From Eledone cirrhosa (taxonomy: Eukaryota), in the NCBI GenBank assembly GCA_964016885.1, contig OZ024741.1:174034001-174098000 (forward strand): a DNA stretch of 64,000 nucleotides, in the 5' to 3' direction. The translations under genes and the position numbers were made by a program. The notes below the pieces were generated by a model. It had not been told where the DNA came from and searched no databases. It worked only from the letters and a program-made list of their open reading frames with translations. Position 1 is the first letter of the stretch; every line of letters begins with the position of its first letter. Shown one piece after another: positions 48,917 through 60,889 of the stretch.

Positions 48917-50629
48917 GTAAGTACAACATAACTTCTAAGAACGCTGATGTACAACACCACGTGCTTTATCTCCTCTCTTCCTTTCTCCCTCTTTTATTCA
49001 TTTTTACTCTCATTTGTCTTTCTTTTGCTCCTCCCTCAAAAACATCCCCTTCTCTCTATTTCTATCTTCTGATAAAGGAGTAGTGTCTAAACCATTGAGA
49101 CTCTTGTCCAATTCTACCAAATGTTAAACTAATGCACCATTATTGTATTGTATTGTTCTCTTTTGTTGTTTTTTCCTTGTATTTTCTACTTAAAATCTTT
49201 TATTCAGTATAGGTTACCTTTATGAACCCAGGCATTGAATGCCAAAATAAATTCATGTAAGGTATGGCTGCGTGGTTAAGGGGCACCCTTTGTAACATGG
49301 ATTAGGTTAGCTTCTGGGTTAGTCGAACTGTGTGGCAATTTGGCATGCTGCCTTCTACTATAACATCAGGCCAACCAATGCTTTGTAATTGAATTTTGAT
49401 AGACAGAAACTGTAAGGAATCCCATCTTATATATATGTGTGTCTGTTTTTATCAGTCACTGATAAACGTTTTTATATGAACACTATTTAAAATGCAAGTG
49501 GTGGTGCTTGTTTACGTCTTTTATAAACACTACATCCTGCAGCTTAACAGTACAATGAATGTCAGCAGTATTACCATGCATAGAATAAGATATGAGCTAA
49601 TGTCAGGAAGGGCTTCTGACTATAGGAAAACTGCCTCAAAAGATGTTATCCAACTCATGCCTGCATGAATAAAATGGGCATAAAAACAATGATGATGGTA
49701 ACGATCGTGATTATAAACACAATTATAAGAGACTATGCTTCAATCTTATAATGAATTATTTCTGATGAAATGTAATTGTTGATTTACTGAACTGGAGGGT
49801 TCAACTTCTATCACAAGTACTGTTGTTGTTTAACCCCAAAAAACCTATGATTAGAAACATTCCATCCATGATCATCCCATCCATAATCATCCTATTTTTT
49901 TGCTCCCTGATATCAACACTGTATCTCTGCATGTCATAAGAGGTGCCTAAAAGGATTGATGTCAAGAAGGGGATCCAGATGTAAAACATTGCCTCAAAAA
50001 GGACCTTCTGTTATCCGTTATAGGACCCACAAGACTAACATCTGTCATATATTATAATGAGCAGAAATGTCCATAAAATACTTCTTGTATCATCCAGTGT
50101 ACTCTTGGATGCTACAATTAAACCCTTGTACAGTTCTTGGGGAATAGACTTAAACCGTCTTTTGATTTAACACCACCAGCTGGTCCTTACATGGTAGAGT
50201 GAAAAATGGAGTAAAGTAAGAAAAGAAAACAAAACAACAGTTTGCACTTTTACCTTATATTACATGACAAGAGTCACTCCATTTCCTGTTTTTTTAAATA
50301 AAAGAGGTCCTAACTTCAACAACAGATATAAGATAAAAATAGGAATTGTTGTTTTGTTTTTGTTTTTTTACTTTACTTGAGTGTTTACTCTTGTATTTCT
50401 AACATTTTTAGTGAAGGTGTGTAACTTAGTGGTTAGGGTGTTTGGCCAACAATTGTAAGATTGAAAGTTTAATCCCCCAACAGTGCATTGAGTCTTTCAG
50501 CCAAAGACACTTTATTTCATGTTGCCAGTCCACTCAGCTGACAAAAATGAGCTGTACCAGTAATTCAATGGGCCAGGCCAGCCATGTCACACACTGTGTC
50601 ATGTTGAATCTTGCTGAGAACTACATTAA

Positions 50630-50839
50630 CCCTTTAGCATTCACATTACTCTATATATACTATTGTATTTTCATGGTAAACACATTATTTCCCATAATTA
50701 TCTCACAAAGTACGAATCTATAAGATTTTGATGTTATTTATTTTGAGACATAAGTATGAGTAGCTAGTTTTATAACTGATTTAAACAGAAAGAGGTGAGA
50801 GAGTTCTGGCCGGATATGGCCGGTTTAAATGCTAAAGGG
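50630..50839. mobile_element. piggyBac-type MITE nested in a SINE B copy
   Basis: ctaca ttaa|ccctttagcatt...aatgctaaaggg|ttaa gagggca; uninterrupted site seen at ~14950 (ctacattaagggtaca). Confidence 0.9.
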
Positions 50840-51019
50840 TTAAGAGGGCATGTGCCTGTGGAATGCTCATGCATCTGTACATTAATTTCACAAGTAGGTT
50901 GTTCTATTGGTCGAACAACTGGAATGCTTATCAGAACTGATAGAGGTTCAACATTTCTAACTTGCATTGTACCAGCTTTCCTAAAATAATCATCTTACAG
51001 GATTGGTTTCTGTGTTTAG

Positions 51020-51176
51020 GATTCCTTTAATAAATACTTCAAATGCACGATACTATTCTCCTGAGGCTAAAAAAGCAACCAAAGAAGGAAATGATGAATT
51101 AGAAGGCACAGAAAGACCTATTCTTGAAGCTTTTCAACATTCATACAACCAGGCACTTACTGAAATATCGAACATT
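51020..51176 (+). CDS. SPEF2: SPEF2-like exon (IPLINTSNARYYSPEAKK...QALTEISNI)
   Basis: tgtgtttag acceptor, gtacgt donor; phase 2/0. Confidence 0.8.
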
Positions 51177-51193
51177 GTACGTAATAATTGCAT

Positions 51194-51299
51194 TTCTTCT
51201 TCTTCTTCTTCTTCTTCTTCTTCTTCTTCTTCTTCTTCTTCTTCTTCTTCTTCTTTTCTTCTTCTTCTTCTTCTTCTTCTTCTTCTTCTTCTTCTTCTT
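51194..51299. repeat. (TTC)n microsatellite
   Basis: Direct reading; starts ~18 nt after an exon donor. Confidence 0.95.
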
Positions 51300-51512
51300 T
51301 GATGTTGCTGTTGCTGCTGATGCTGATGCTGCTGTTGTTGTTTTTAAAGCATTGTAAGAGAATTTGCTGAGAATAATTCATTGAGAACAATTCCTCAAGT
51401 AAACTGTTTACATCTTAGACAATTCATTGCCTAATTGCAAAATAGCTAAAGTTAGATCTTTGATGGAAAACCCAGCAGAAAAAAAAACAAGAAAAAAAAA
51501 CATTTTGATCTG

Positions 51513-51552
<40 letters not shown>

Positions 51553-52592
51553 ATGTTCATTTTCATAGTTGTAAACAAGACAGGTTAGAGAGAATTCATC
51601 TTCCTTATACGTTCTGTATTCATCATAGTTTCTATGACTGGATACCTTCTTAATGTCAACCACTTTATAGAGTGTATTGGGTGCATTTTCTCATGGTGTC
51701 ACCACTAGAGAGTTTGGCATGTGTTTGGCAAGACTGAAATGTCCTCTCTACTCTATATTGTCTCTACTTAATATAGGGTAAAAAAGACTCTTCAATCTTA
51801 CCATGGTGTCTAGTGTAGTATGTTGCAATTACTTATTGTATGTGCATAAACTTACATGAGTCATCCGTCGCATGTTTATTTTGTATGTTTATTTTTGCAT
51901 TGTGTTATGTTATGAGCAATACTTCCATAATTAATTGTCTATTTTTGTAGAGAATTCTATATACTATACTTCTATTATGAATTTTATTGATTTTTAGTGT
52001 AGGTCTTTTAATCTAAATTGTAGTATAAATGTTTAATTTAAATTAGTGCTATTGGGATTTACTACTAAAGAAAGGATCAGGAGGACCCTTCAGTTGTAGC
52101 AAAGACATGACAACCTCCATAGTGTTGGTCATCTACATGATAAATGTACCCAGTACACTTTGGAAAGGCATTTAATCATAGAAAACCTGCCAAACAAAGG
52201 GTCAGTAGAATCTTTCAACTGTGTCAAAGCCATAACAACCTCCATAGTGCTAGTGTCACAATAAAATGCACTTGGTAGAACATATGACCATATGTGAGAT
52301 GCAGGCCCCCAGCCCATCTGAGAGGTCAGTAGCTTCAGTTGAGTACTGACTCAGTCTATGAAGACACATCCAACCCTTGTTAGCAGGTAAAAACAGACAT
52401 TGAATGATGATGATATGGATGTATAATCTACCAATGTCTTCCTATCTAATTTTGTTTTGTGTTATGTGCAGTGTATAGTTTGTTGCAATTACTCCTTGTT
52501 GTCAGTACATGGTTAGCCAATACGGGAATATTGTACTTTCTCCAACAGCAATCTAATGAATTCAGGGATAGACCCAGGCTTTATAGCCTGAC

Positions 52593-52760
52593 AAGTTGAT
52601 GAAGTATCAGCCACTTTCCAATAGGTTTGTTGTTGAACCTGTAGCAGTGAAAACTTTTGCCATCCACACACATGAGTGAGCTTCGTGAGTTGGGATGGCT
52701 ATTTCATTGCATCTCCCTCGTTATCCTCCAGGGCAATGCTTTCTTCATTCTACTTGCTGA
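52593..52760 (+). mobile_element. Second CRE-like (RLE-type) LINE C-terminal relic
   Basis: KYQPLSNRFVVEPVAVKTF ... ELRELGWLFHCISLVILQGNAFFILL, homologous to the end of 7905-8181. Confidence 0.55.
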
Positions 52761-53121
52761 GACCACAAGGCAGCTTGCCCATGCAGTTTTGCATGCCAGA
52801 AAGCATACATAACCTCACACTGTCCAGGCTCATATTATTGGTGTAGCGATGTTTGAATAATCTTAAGACACTATTTCATTCCTGTTTGTTTGCTTATCCC
52901 ACATTTGTAGAATCTCGTTTGTATTTCAAAGAATTAACTGCAGCAAGTGTTGAAAAATATGCTATTTCGTAACTTTACTAATTTAAAATTTCCAATTCAA
53001 ATGGCTTTTAGAATTGAAAATATACATTTAACAAAAATATAAATATAAAAATACAATAGTTTGAATTTCTTTCAAAAAAAGGTTATATTTATTTTATTTA
53101 TTTATTGTACAATATGTCATA

Positions 53122-53163
<42 letters not shown>

Positions 53164-53556
53164 TATGCACTGCACACACACACACACGTATATATGTGCA
53201 TGTGTGTGTAATTATTAACACCATCACTGTTTAACATTCTTTATACATATATATATACACGGCGATATATATGTATACATATATTTATACAAAAACATAC
53301 ACACACACATATATATAGATAGATAGATATAGATACACACACACACACATAAGGATAATTATATATATGTGTGTTTTTGTGTGAATGGGTGTGTATAAAG
53401 CTAAACATAGATCTTTGATAAAAGAGAATTGAGATAAAAAAAAAGAAAAGAATTTCTAAAATTTTCTTGTAAATTGTAAAATAAATGCTAAATTACTTCC
53501 AAATAAATTGTTCTCATAAAATTGTTCTCAGTGAACTTTCTATATCGGATTATTTT

Positions 53557-53668
53557 ATATGTGTAATTCAATGTATTTTTTATATATTTATATGTATGTA
53601 TACCATATGTCTCTACTAAAACATACTCTTCAGTATGTCTGTGTGTGCATGCATGTATGTATGTCTGC

Positions 53669-53699
<31 letters not shown>

Positions 53700-53880
53700 T
53701 GCATACATGTCTGTGTGTATATATATATGTGTGTAATTCAATGTATATTTTATATATTTATATGTATGTATACCATATGTCTCTACTAAAACATACTCTA
53801 TGGTATGTCTGTGCATGCATGCATGTATGTATGTCTGTATATGTATGTATGTATGTATGCATACATGTCTGTGTATATAT
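53557..53880. repeat. ~170-bp tandem duplication embedded in TATG microsatellite
   Basis: gtgtaattcaatgtat...ccatatgtctctactaaaacatactc occurs at ~53561 and ~53731. Confidence 0.85.
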
Positions 53881-56490
53881 ATATATATATATATGTGTGT
53901 GGCTGAATGCATGTACATATGTGAATATATGAGTGTGTATTTCAACTAAAATATGTTTATGTATGTATGTGTGTGTGTGTATATGGATGTGTGTATGTAT
54001 GTATCTGTATGTATATATGTTTGTACCTATATATGTATGTATGTATGTGTGTGGATGTATATATATATAGCATATATCTTAACTAAAATAAGTTCCAGAC
54101 TAAACTTTTTTTCTTTGTATGTCTGTATGTGTGTATGTGTTTTATGTGTGTATCTGAATCTCTGTATATGTATATATGTGTGTGTGTGTGTGCATGCATG
54201 TATGTATGCATGTGTGTGTACCTGTGTGTGTATGGGTGTATCTGTGTGCATGTGTGTTTGCTTGGAATTGATTTATTTTTTGTCTACATGGATGCCATCT
54301 CGACTGATTTCATCTTCACCAAAATTCAGTGAGATAGAAAAACTTGCCAATGTTGAAAATGCTGTTTGATTCTAGAGAAAATAAATTTACTGGAAATGAA
54401 TAGCATCTATTTTTTGTAGTATGTTAAATATTGCATAGATTCGGTCTTATAGTCAGTCTAGTAAATATATATAATGAAAATTAATTAAATGTTACACGCT
54501 ATTATTTATAAGAATCCTTTTTAAATCAAGCAAATAACACATCTGTATTTATTTGTATGTATTTTCTTAATGGTTTAGAAGTTTGTGTCATAACACAAGA
54601 TTCTGGGTTTGATGCCATTGTGTAGAATCTTTGGCAATTGTTGTTTACCATAGCCATTCATTGGCCAAAGATTTATGAGTGAAACTGGCTATGTGGAGAC
54701 TGTGTAAGCTGGACAGATGGATTGTACCTGTAATTCAAATGTCCAGGATTACATTAAAGGTACAAGTCCCCAACCCTCACTGTAAAGTTGTCCTCCTGGA
54801 GCCTCGTCATTAAGTGCCCAGTCCACACTATAAAGTGGTCATGTAGGTGTCACAACAAAAGCGCCCAGTCCACTCTGTAAAGTTATTGTGTAGATGTCAT
54901 GACAAAAAAGCACCTAGCACACACTGTAAAGTGGTTGGTATTAGGAAAGGCATCCAGCTGTAGAAAACAAGCCAAAATCAGTCCCATGTATGTGAATCAA
55001 GGTCCTCTGACCTGATCTCTCACAAACCACTGCCCATCCTATCCATGCTAGTGTGGAATATGGATATTAAACAATGATGATGATCATGATGTGTCTATAG
55101 TGAAGACAGCAGGGCTGAAAAGTTAAGAAGTTTGTTTCACAATCATAAGGTTCTGGTTCAATCCCACTGTGTGACAATTTGGGTAAGTTTTTTTTGTAAT
55201 AACTTTGGGTTAAGCCGAGCAGTGTGAGCAAAATTGGCTTGTTGGAAACTGTGTGGAGGTCCATTCCATGGAATGTACCTACCACTCAAAGGTTCAGCCT
55301 TGTCACATATTGTGTTACACTGATCCTGCCTGAGGCTTACATTAAGGTTACATGTGTTTGTGAAATACTTAACCACTTACAAACCAGTTCAATGAGTATG
55401 TAGTTCAGTTGATCAAATTACCAATACAGATTCATTGAAACCAAGAGTCATTGACTTTTAATAAACAGTCAGTAGCTTCAGTCAGTTTTCTTATCAAATG
55501 TATCCGTCATCTTTCTTGACTTGAAAGTGTAACCATGGTTACAATCATCATCATCCTCATTTGACATTAACTAGTCAGACTGGAAAGAGAAATGCCCATT
55601 GATCATTTTCAGGGATTCAGTGGCTTTTTCAAAGGGATGGAAGAAGATGTCCACAAATCAGAGACCTGATCTGAATGCTTGCAACAGTGAGGACTCTGTT
55701 AAAGACACCCAAGGGCCAGGTGATGGTGTTAAAGTGGGTAGGCTCTGCTAAAGATACCCAAAATCCAGATGGTGGTGTTAAACTGGGTGGACTCTGCTAA
55801 AGGCACCCAAAAGCCAGATGGTGGTGTGAAAGCATATCATCATCATTATCTTCATCATCATCATCATTTAACATCTGTTTTCCATGCTAGTCTGGGTTGG
55901 ATAGGTTATCACAGACCAAGTCAGTACTTAATTGAAATTATATTCCTCTCACCAATAAGTCAGGGACCCACACCTTGCTTATATTCCAGTTCTGACATGT
56001 TTTGGGGGATGGATGCCATTCATAGCTCCAACGACTTTACAGAGTGTACTGGGTGCATTTTATCAAGGCACCAGCACTAGAGTGGTTGTCATATATTTGA
56101 CAGAACTGAAGAATCCTATCGACCTTTTATTTGGCATGGTTTCTGCAGCTGGATGACCTTCTTAACACAGACCACTTTACAGTATTCTAACTTTTACTGA
56201 TGCCAATAGATTTCCCAATTTTTGATATAGAAATAAATTATATTTAATAACTAGGAATATTGGATGAAGCCCTCTTCAGATCCTTCTGATTGTGAAATTC
56301 CCTATTTTACTGTAATTCATCATAGTTTTATATGTAAATTGTTGAGATCTCCCTAGAGTTTAATGATGCCAATCTTGGCCAATCAGTCTTTATGTAATAT
56401 CATTATTTTTTGTTAAATTTTTTATATACCAAACCACCTGAACCAACCCTGGATTTAAAATTGAAAAGCTATGTTGTTTTAAAATGTTTA

Positions 56491-57296
56491 TCTATATATC
56501 TAAAGCAGTGAATGTCTGTCTGTCCCCCTAAAACTCGAGAACCACCCAACCGATTTTTTTCAAACTTTACACATGTAATACTTATGGTTGTGTGAGTTTT
56601 TTGAGCGAAATATATTTCAAATTTTCAATGCCTTAGGGACCGCATTAGGCGCCGGTTAGCGATCTCTCTCTCTCTTTCTTAGTCTGTCTTTTTAGATAGA
56701 TACATAGCTATAACATCGCGCCTTTATAATATCTGTCTGTATGTCTGACTGTCTGCATTACGACATTATGAAACCATTGACTTCTCTATCTGTGTGTGTG
56801 TGTATATATGTATATATAGTGTGTATATATATAGTGTGTAACGTTTTTCGAAATATTTACTTCTGCGTTCACAGATATTTTGCATACACAATAACAAAAT
56901 ATAAACAAACGTATTTATTTCACGAGGCTCGATAAGGATAAATATATATCAAATATATAAGAATCCTAGAGCAAATATTGTTCTCATTGCTGACGTATTA
57001 CTGCTATGTAACTATTGCTTTCATTGTACCATAGCACAACAAATACATGTTCGGTTTGTCGAATGCCTTTTTACTTAACCCTATCGTCTTGCCTTTCGTG
57101 GGTTGAACATTTTACTCTCAGGCACCTAATTAAGTTAAACTCCTGGTAATCTACAACAAATTTTTTTATAAACTCAAAATGTAGACACCATACCGAGGCC
57201 GAAGTATTCCGTACTTTTCTGTACTGTTTCAGAAAGAAGGGATAAACATGCCAATCTATGTTTAGAATCCCGAGCAACGCTGGGCCATTCTGCTAG
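56491..57296 (+). mobile_element. Complete non-autonomous Helitron (family N2, ~806 bp)
   Basis: A|TCTATATATCTAAAG 5' end; 3' hairpin cccgagcaacgctggg then cattctg CTAG|T; AT target, no TSD. Confidence 0.9.
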
Positions 57297-57476
57297 TATT
57301 TATCTAAAAACGTTCCATCAGGATTTTATGTAAGAACATTTAAGAAAGTTAATCATTTTTTGAAAATGCCTCCCAAATCTTGATTATTTTCAAAATTATT
57401 CAAAAATTATAATTAGGTTTATTTCATTAGAAATACATTTATGAAAGGGTTTAAATAACAGTTTTTAACACTATAG

Positions 57477-57663
57477 GTCTCTAATGAACAAGCCTTCCGC
57501 GAATCAGAAGAGGAAGATGAGAGGAGGAAGATGCAGGAGAGAGAAAAAGAAAGATTGCATGCAGAAAAACTTCAAAAGGCAAAAGAGAAAAGGAATAAGA
57601 AATTCGTGGCTACAGGTCGAGCGAAGAAAGAATCAGAGGATATGACTTCACCCCTTACTTTTG
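57477..57663 (+). CDS. SPEF2: SPEF2-like exon (VSNEQAFRESEEEDERRKMQEREKERL...SPLTF); gene continues beyond the window
   Basis: acactatag acceptor, gtaagt donor; charged coiled-coil-like sequence; phase 0/1. Confidence 0.8.
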
Positions 57664-57687
57664 GTAAGTTCTTAGCCATTATAGAAA

Positions 57688-58149
57688 CTAGCAGAAAAAC
57701 CACACTTCGGGTGGTTTTTTGCTAGCGTGTGTAGTGTGTATATTGATATTATACGCAGGTATATATACATGTAGATATGATACATCAAATAAAATCGTAA
57801 TTGACAATATATAATACATAGAAATTGAACAAAGACTGCGTTACACTGTCTTATTTAATCAGTAACGTAATCCATGATACATTAAAAAAGACAATATTAT
57901 ATATAAACTGCATTAGGAGAAAATTAGTGACAGAAAATTAGTATGTTTATTTAAGCTAACCGGAAGTGTTGACATTTCAGAAATTTTAAAGAAACAAAAT
58001 ATATTTAATCAACAGTCACGAAACTTAGTAGATAAATTATGTAATATTCATTCATTATTTATTCAAAGTAATCCAACTTATTTTACTAATGGGATAAAAA
58101 TGTATAAACTGTACGCAGTCCTGCGCTCCTTACTTTATTATAGTTTAGA
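57688..58149 (-). mobile_element. Complete non-autonomous Helitron (family N1, ~462 bp)
   Basis: Minus strand A|TCTAAACTAT...GCTAG|T; terminal hairpin 57688-57725. Confidence 0.9.
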
Positions 58150-58389
58150 TTGTTGAATTGTTGTTGGAACTCCATTGTTTTCAATGATGAGTGTTCCAGT
58201 TATTCAATCAATGCATTGGCCATCTCATGGAATTAACATGCAAGTGGCTGAACATTCAATTTTTTTTTTTTTTTTTCATGTTTGTGATCCCACCCGTCAA
58301 CATTCCAATTTTTCCGCCAAAATATTCAAATTGCCATCCATCAAAATATTTAAATTACCCTCCCCCAAATTTTACAATTGACTCCAAAA

Positions 58390-58697
58390 AGAGAGTCACT
58401 CCAGGTAGTGCTGCTACTTCTCTGAATTGAGAGATCACAGCTCCGATACTATGGGCATGTGGTTAGAATATCTCAGGAAAAATCGCTGGACAGATTTTAC
58501 GGGCAAAACCAACCGCCAGGAGATGCAGGGGTAGACCCCGAGCAAGATGGTTAGATAGCATCCATGAGCTTTGGCTGGTCATGCTTAGGGATCCAGTTGG
58601 ATCAGTTTGAGATGGTTGCTTCGGACAGGACCTGCTGGAGGAGTATTTGAGGATTCTTCCCCCATGACCCTCTCAGGAGTAAGTGGGTGAAGAAGAA
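58390..58697 (+). mobile_element. 5'-truncated RTE (Expander/Rex3-like) 3' end with (GAA)n tail and 10-bp TSD
   Basis: ERSQLRYYGHVVR..RGRPRARWLD; gactccaaaa at 58380-58389 and 58698-58707. Confidence 0.8.
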
Positions 58698-59402
58698 GAC
58701 TCCAAAAGTTATTCCAATGTCTTTCATTAAAAATATGGTATTGAAAAGGGAGGAGTTAAACACTTGACATGGTGTGACAAATACCAAACTAGAAAGACAG
58801 GGAAAATATGGAAATAATAATGTATGGAAACTGGAAATATTTGACTTAGATTTTTCACTTGTATGTGTGTGTTAATAAGTATGTTACATATATGGATCAA
58901 GCCTTACTAGCAGGGAAAGAGGATGTTAAAAAGACAATGATGATGATGAGGCACATGTAAGGTGGTAGAAGTGGCAGAGCTGTTAAAGTATTGTGTTCTG
59001 CTGAGGTCCAATTTGCCTGTCATCCTTTGAGAGTCAATAACAAAAGTACCAGCCCATTGTTCATGCAACCCTCTCTTTCTCCAGCTGTCATATACTGGAT
59101 GTTCTACTGGTTCAATGGGTGAGAGAGGATCGAGAGGTGTCTGCATCTACTCACAGCTGCATTGATACCTAAAACCATGAAAGAGAGCATGTGCATACTA
59201 CCAAGTCATACTCGATTGTGTGTGACTGCTGTATATTTTTTTGTGTGCATGCGGGTTTGTGTGTGTGTGTGTGTGTGTGTGTTTGTGTGTACACTTGGGT
59301 GTGTATGTGTGTAGGTCTCTCTGTGTGTTTAGGTACATAAGAAAATCTCATAACAACCCAGTGTCACAAAGATAGAAAATATGTTTAATCTAATAACATA
59401 AT

Positions 59403-59587
59403 AGTTTCTACTTTAGGCACAAGGCCAGCAATTATCCCAGTGCATTACTGGTACTTTATTTTATCGACCCCCCGTAAGGATGAAAGGCAAAGTTAACCTC
59501 GGCGGAATTTGAACTCAGATCATAAAGGGAGGTAACTCTATGCTTCAAAGCATGGCACCCGACCCTCTACCAATACTGCCAATCCAT
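59403..59587 (-). mobile_element. Near full-length SINE family A copy
   Basis: Similar to 29741-29926; ataacataat on both sides. Confidence 0.85.
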
Positions 59588-59731
59588 CATAACATAATGA
59601 AACAGAAATGTATTATGTATCATGAAACAGAAATGTACTATGTAGGTAACATGTGTGAGTTTATATAATGTTTCTTGGGCATTGTGTTTTATACAAGGTT
59701 GTGAAAAATTATTTGAAATTTATAGGCAGTA

Positions 59732-59831
59732 CTGTATTTCCCAGTGCCGAAGACAGGCCTCCAGGACACATAGTAGATTTTTGAGACTTATTTTAGGAAA
59801 AAAGTAGCGTCTTCAACGCCGGGAAATACGG
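59732..59831. mobile_element. 100-bp Tc1/mariner-pogo-type MITE
   Basis: ta|ctgtatttcccagtgccgaagac...gtcttcaacgccgggaaatacgg|ta. Confidence 0.75.
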
Positions 59832-60334
59832 TATGTGTCATTAGAAATCATCATCATCGTTTAACGTCCATCTTCCACGCTAGCATGGGTTAGATGTGTC
59901 TCGCTCATATAGGACTGTTTCTGGGTGGTTTTCTACAACTGGATGCCCTTCCTAATGCCAACCATATTTACAGTGCATGCTGGGGGCTTTTTGCCGTGTC
60001 TCCTACATGACCACTTTAAAGTGTGGGTTGGGTGCTTTTTGCTGTGTCATCTAGACGACTACTTTACAGTGTGTACTGGGTGGTTTTTGCCATGTCTCCT
60101 ACATAACTACTTTACAGTGTGGGTTGGGTGCTTTTTGTTGTGATACCTACATGACCACTTAACAAAACAGTTAAAGGAAAATATTTCGGTTTAGAATAGG
60201 TATACAGTATCCCTGCATGTTGCAAGGAGCAACTTAAGGAGTTAATGTCAGGAAGGGTGTCCGGCAGTAAAACATTGCCTCAAACAGTCCCATCCAGCCC
60301 ATGTCAGCATTGAAAAAGCAATGTAAAAATGACG

Positions 60335-60581
60335 TCGGTTTGTCGAATGCCTTTTTACTTAACCCTATCGTCTTGGCTTTCGTGGGTTGAACATTTTACT
60401 CTCAGGCACCCAATTAAATTAAACCTCTGGTAATCTACGACAAATTTTTTTTATAAGCACAAAATATAGACACCATCCCCAGGCCAAGGTATTCCATACT
60501 TCTCTGTACAGTTTCAGACAGGAGGGATAAACATGCCAATCTATGTTTAGAATCTTGAGCAACGCCGGGCCATTCTGCTAG
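60335..60581 (+). mobile_element. 3' fragment of Helitron family N2
   Basis: Similar to 57050-57296; ends gagcaacgccgggccattctgCTAG|T. Confidence 0.85.
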
Positions 60582-60889
60582 TGATAAAGTAAAACATATG
60601 TAGTCATTAGAGTTGAGTGTTGTAAGAATGGCTACTGAGAACAAGCATTAATGTACTACAATGGAAATTCAATAGAATTGTATTATTGAGATCTTGATGC
60701 ATAAAGAGAATATTTTAATACTAAATAATATTTGAAAAAGTAGCAATAATTTCCTTCAAATGATAAGTAGTTATGAAAAGAATTATATGGTTCACTGATT
60801 ATAGTTGTGGCTGTGAGGTATGTTAGAATAAATTGTCTGTCTGTCTCATTATTTTCTTTTCCTTAAGATTTTTCATCACAAGATATAAG

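Noticed and set aside
51124-51390. Poly-L/F/S/K/E ORFs
   Set aside because: (TTC)n microsatellite in the intron after the donor at 51177.
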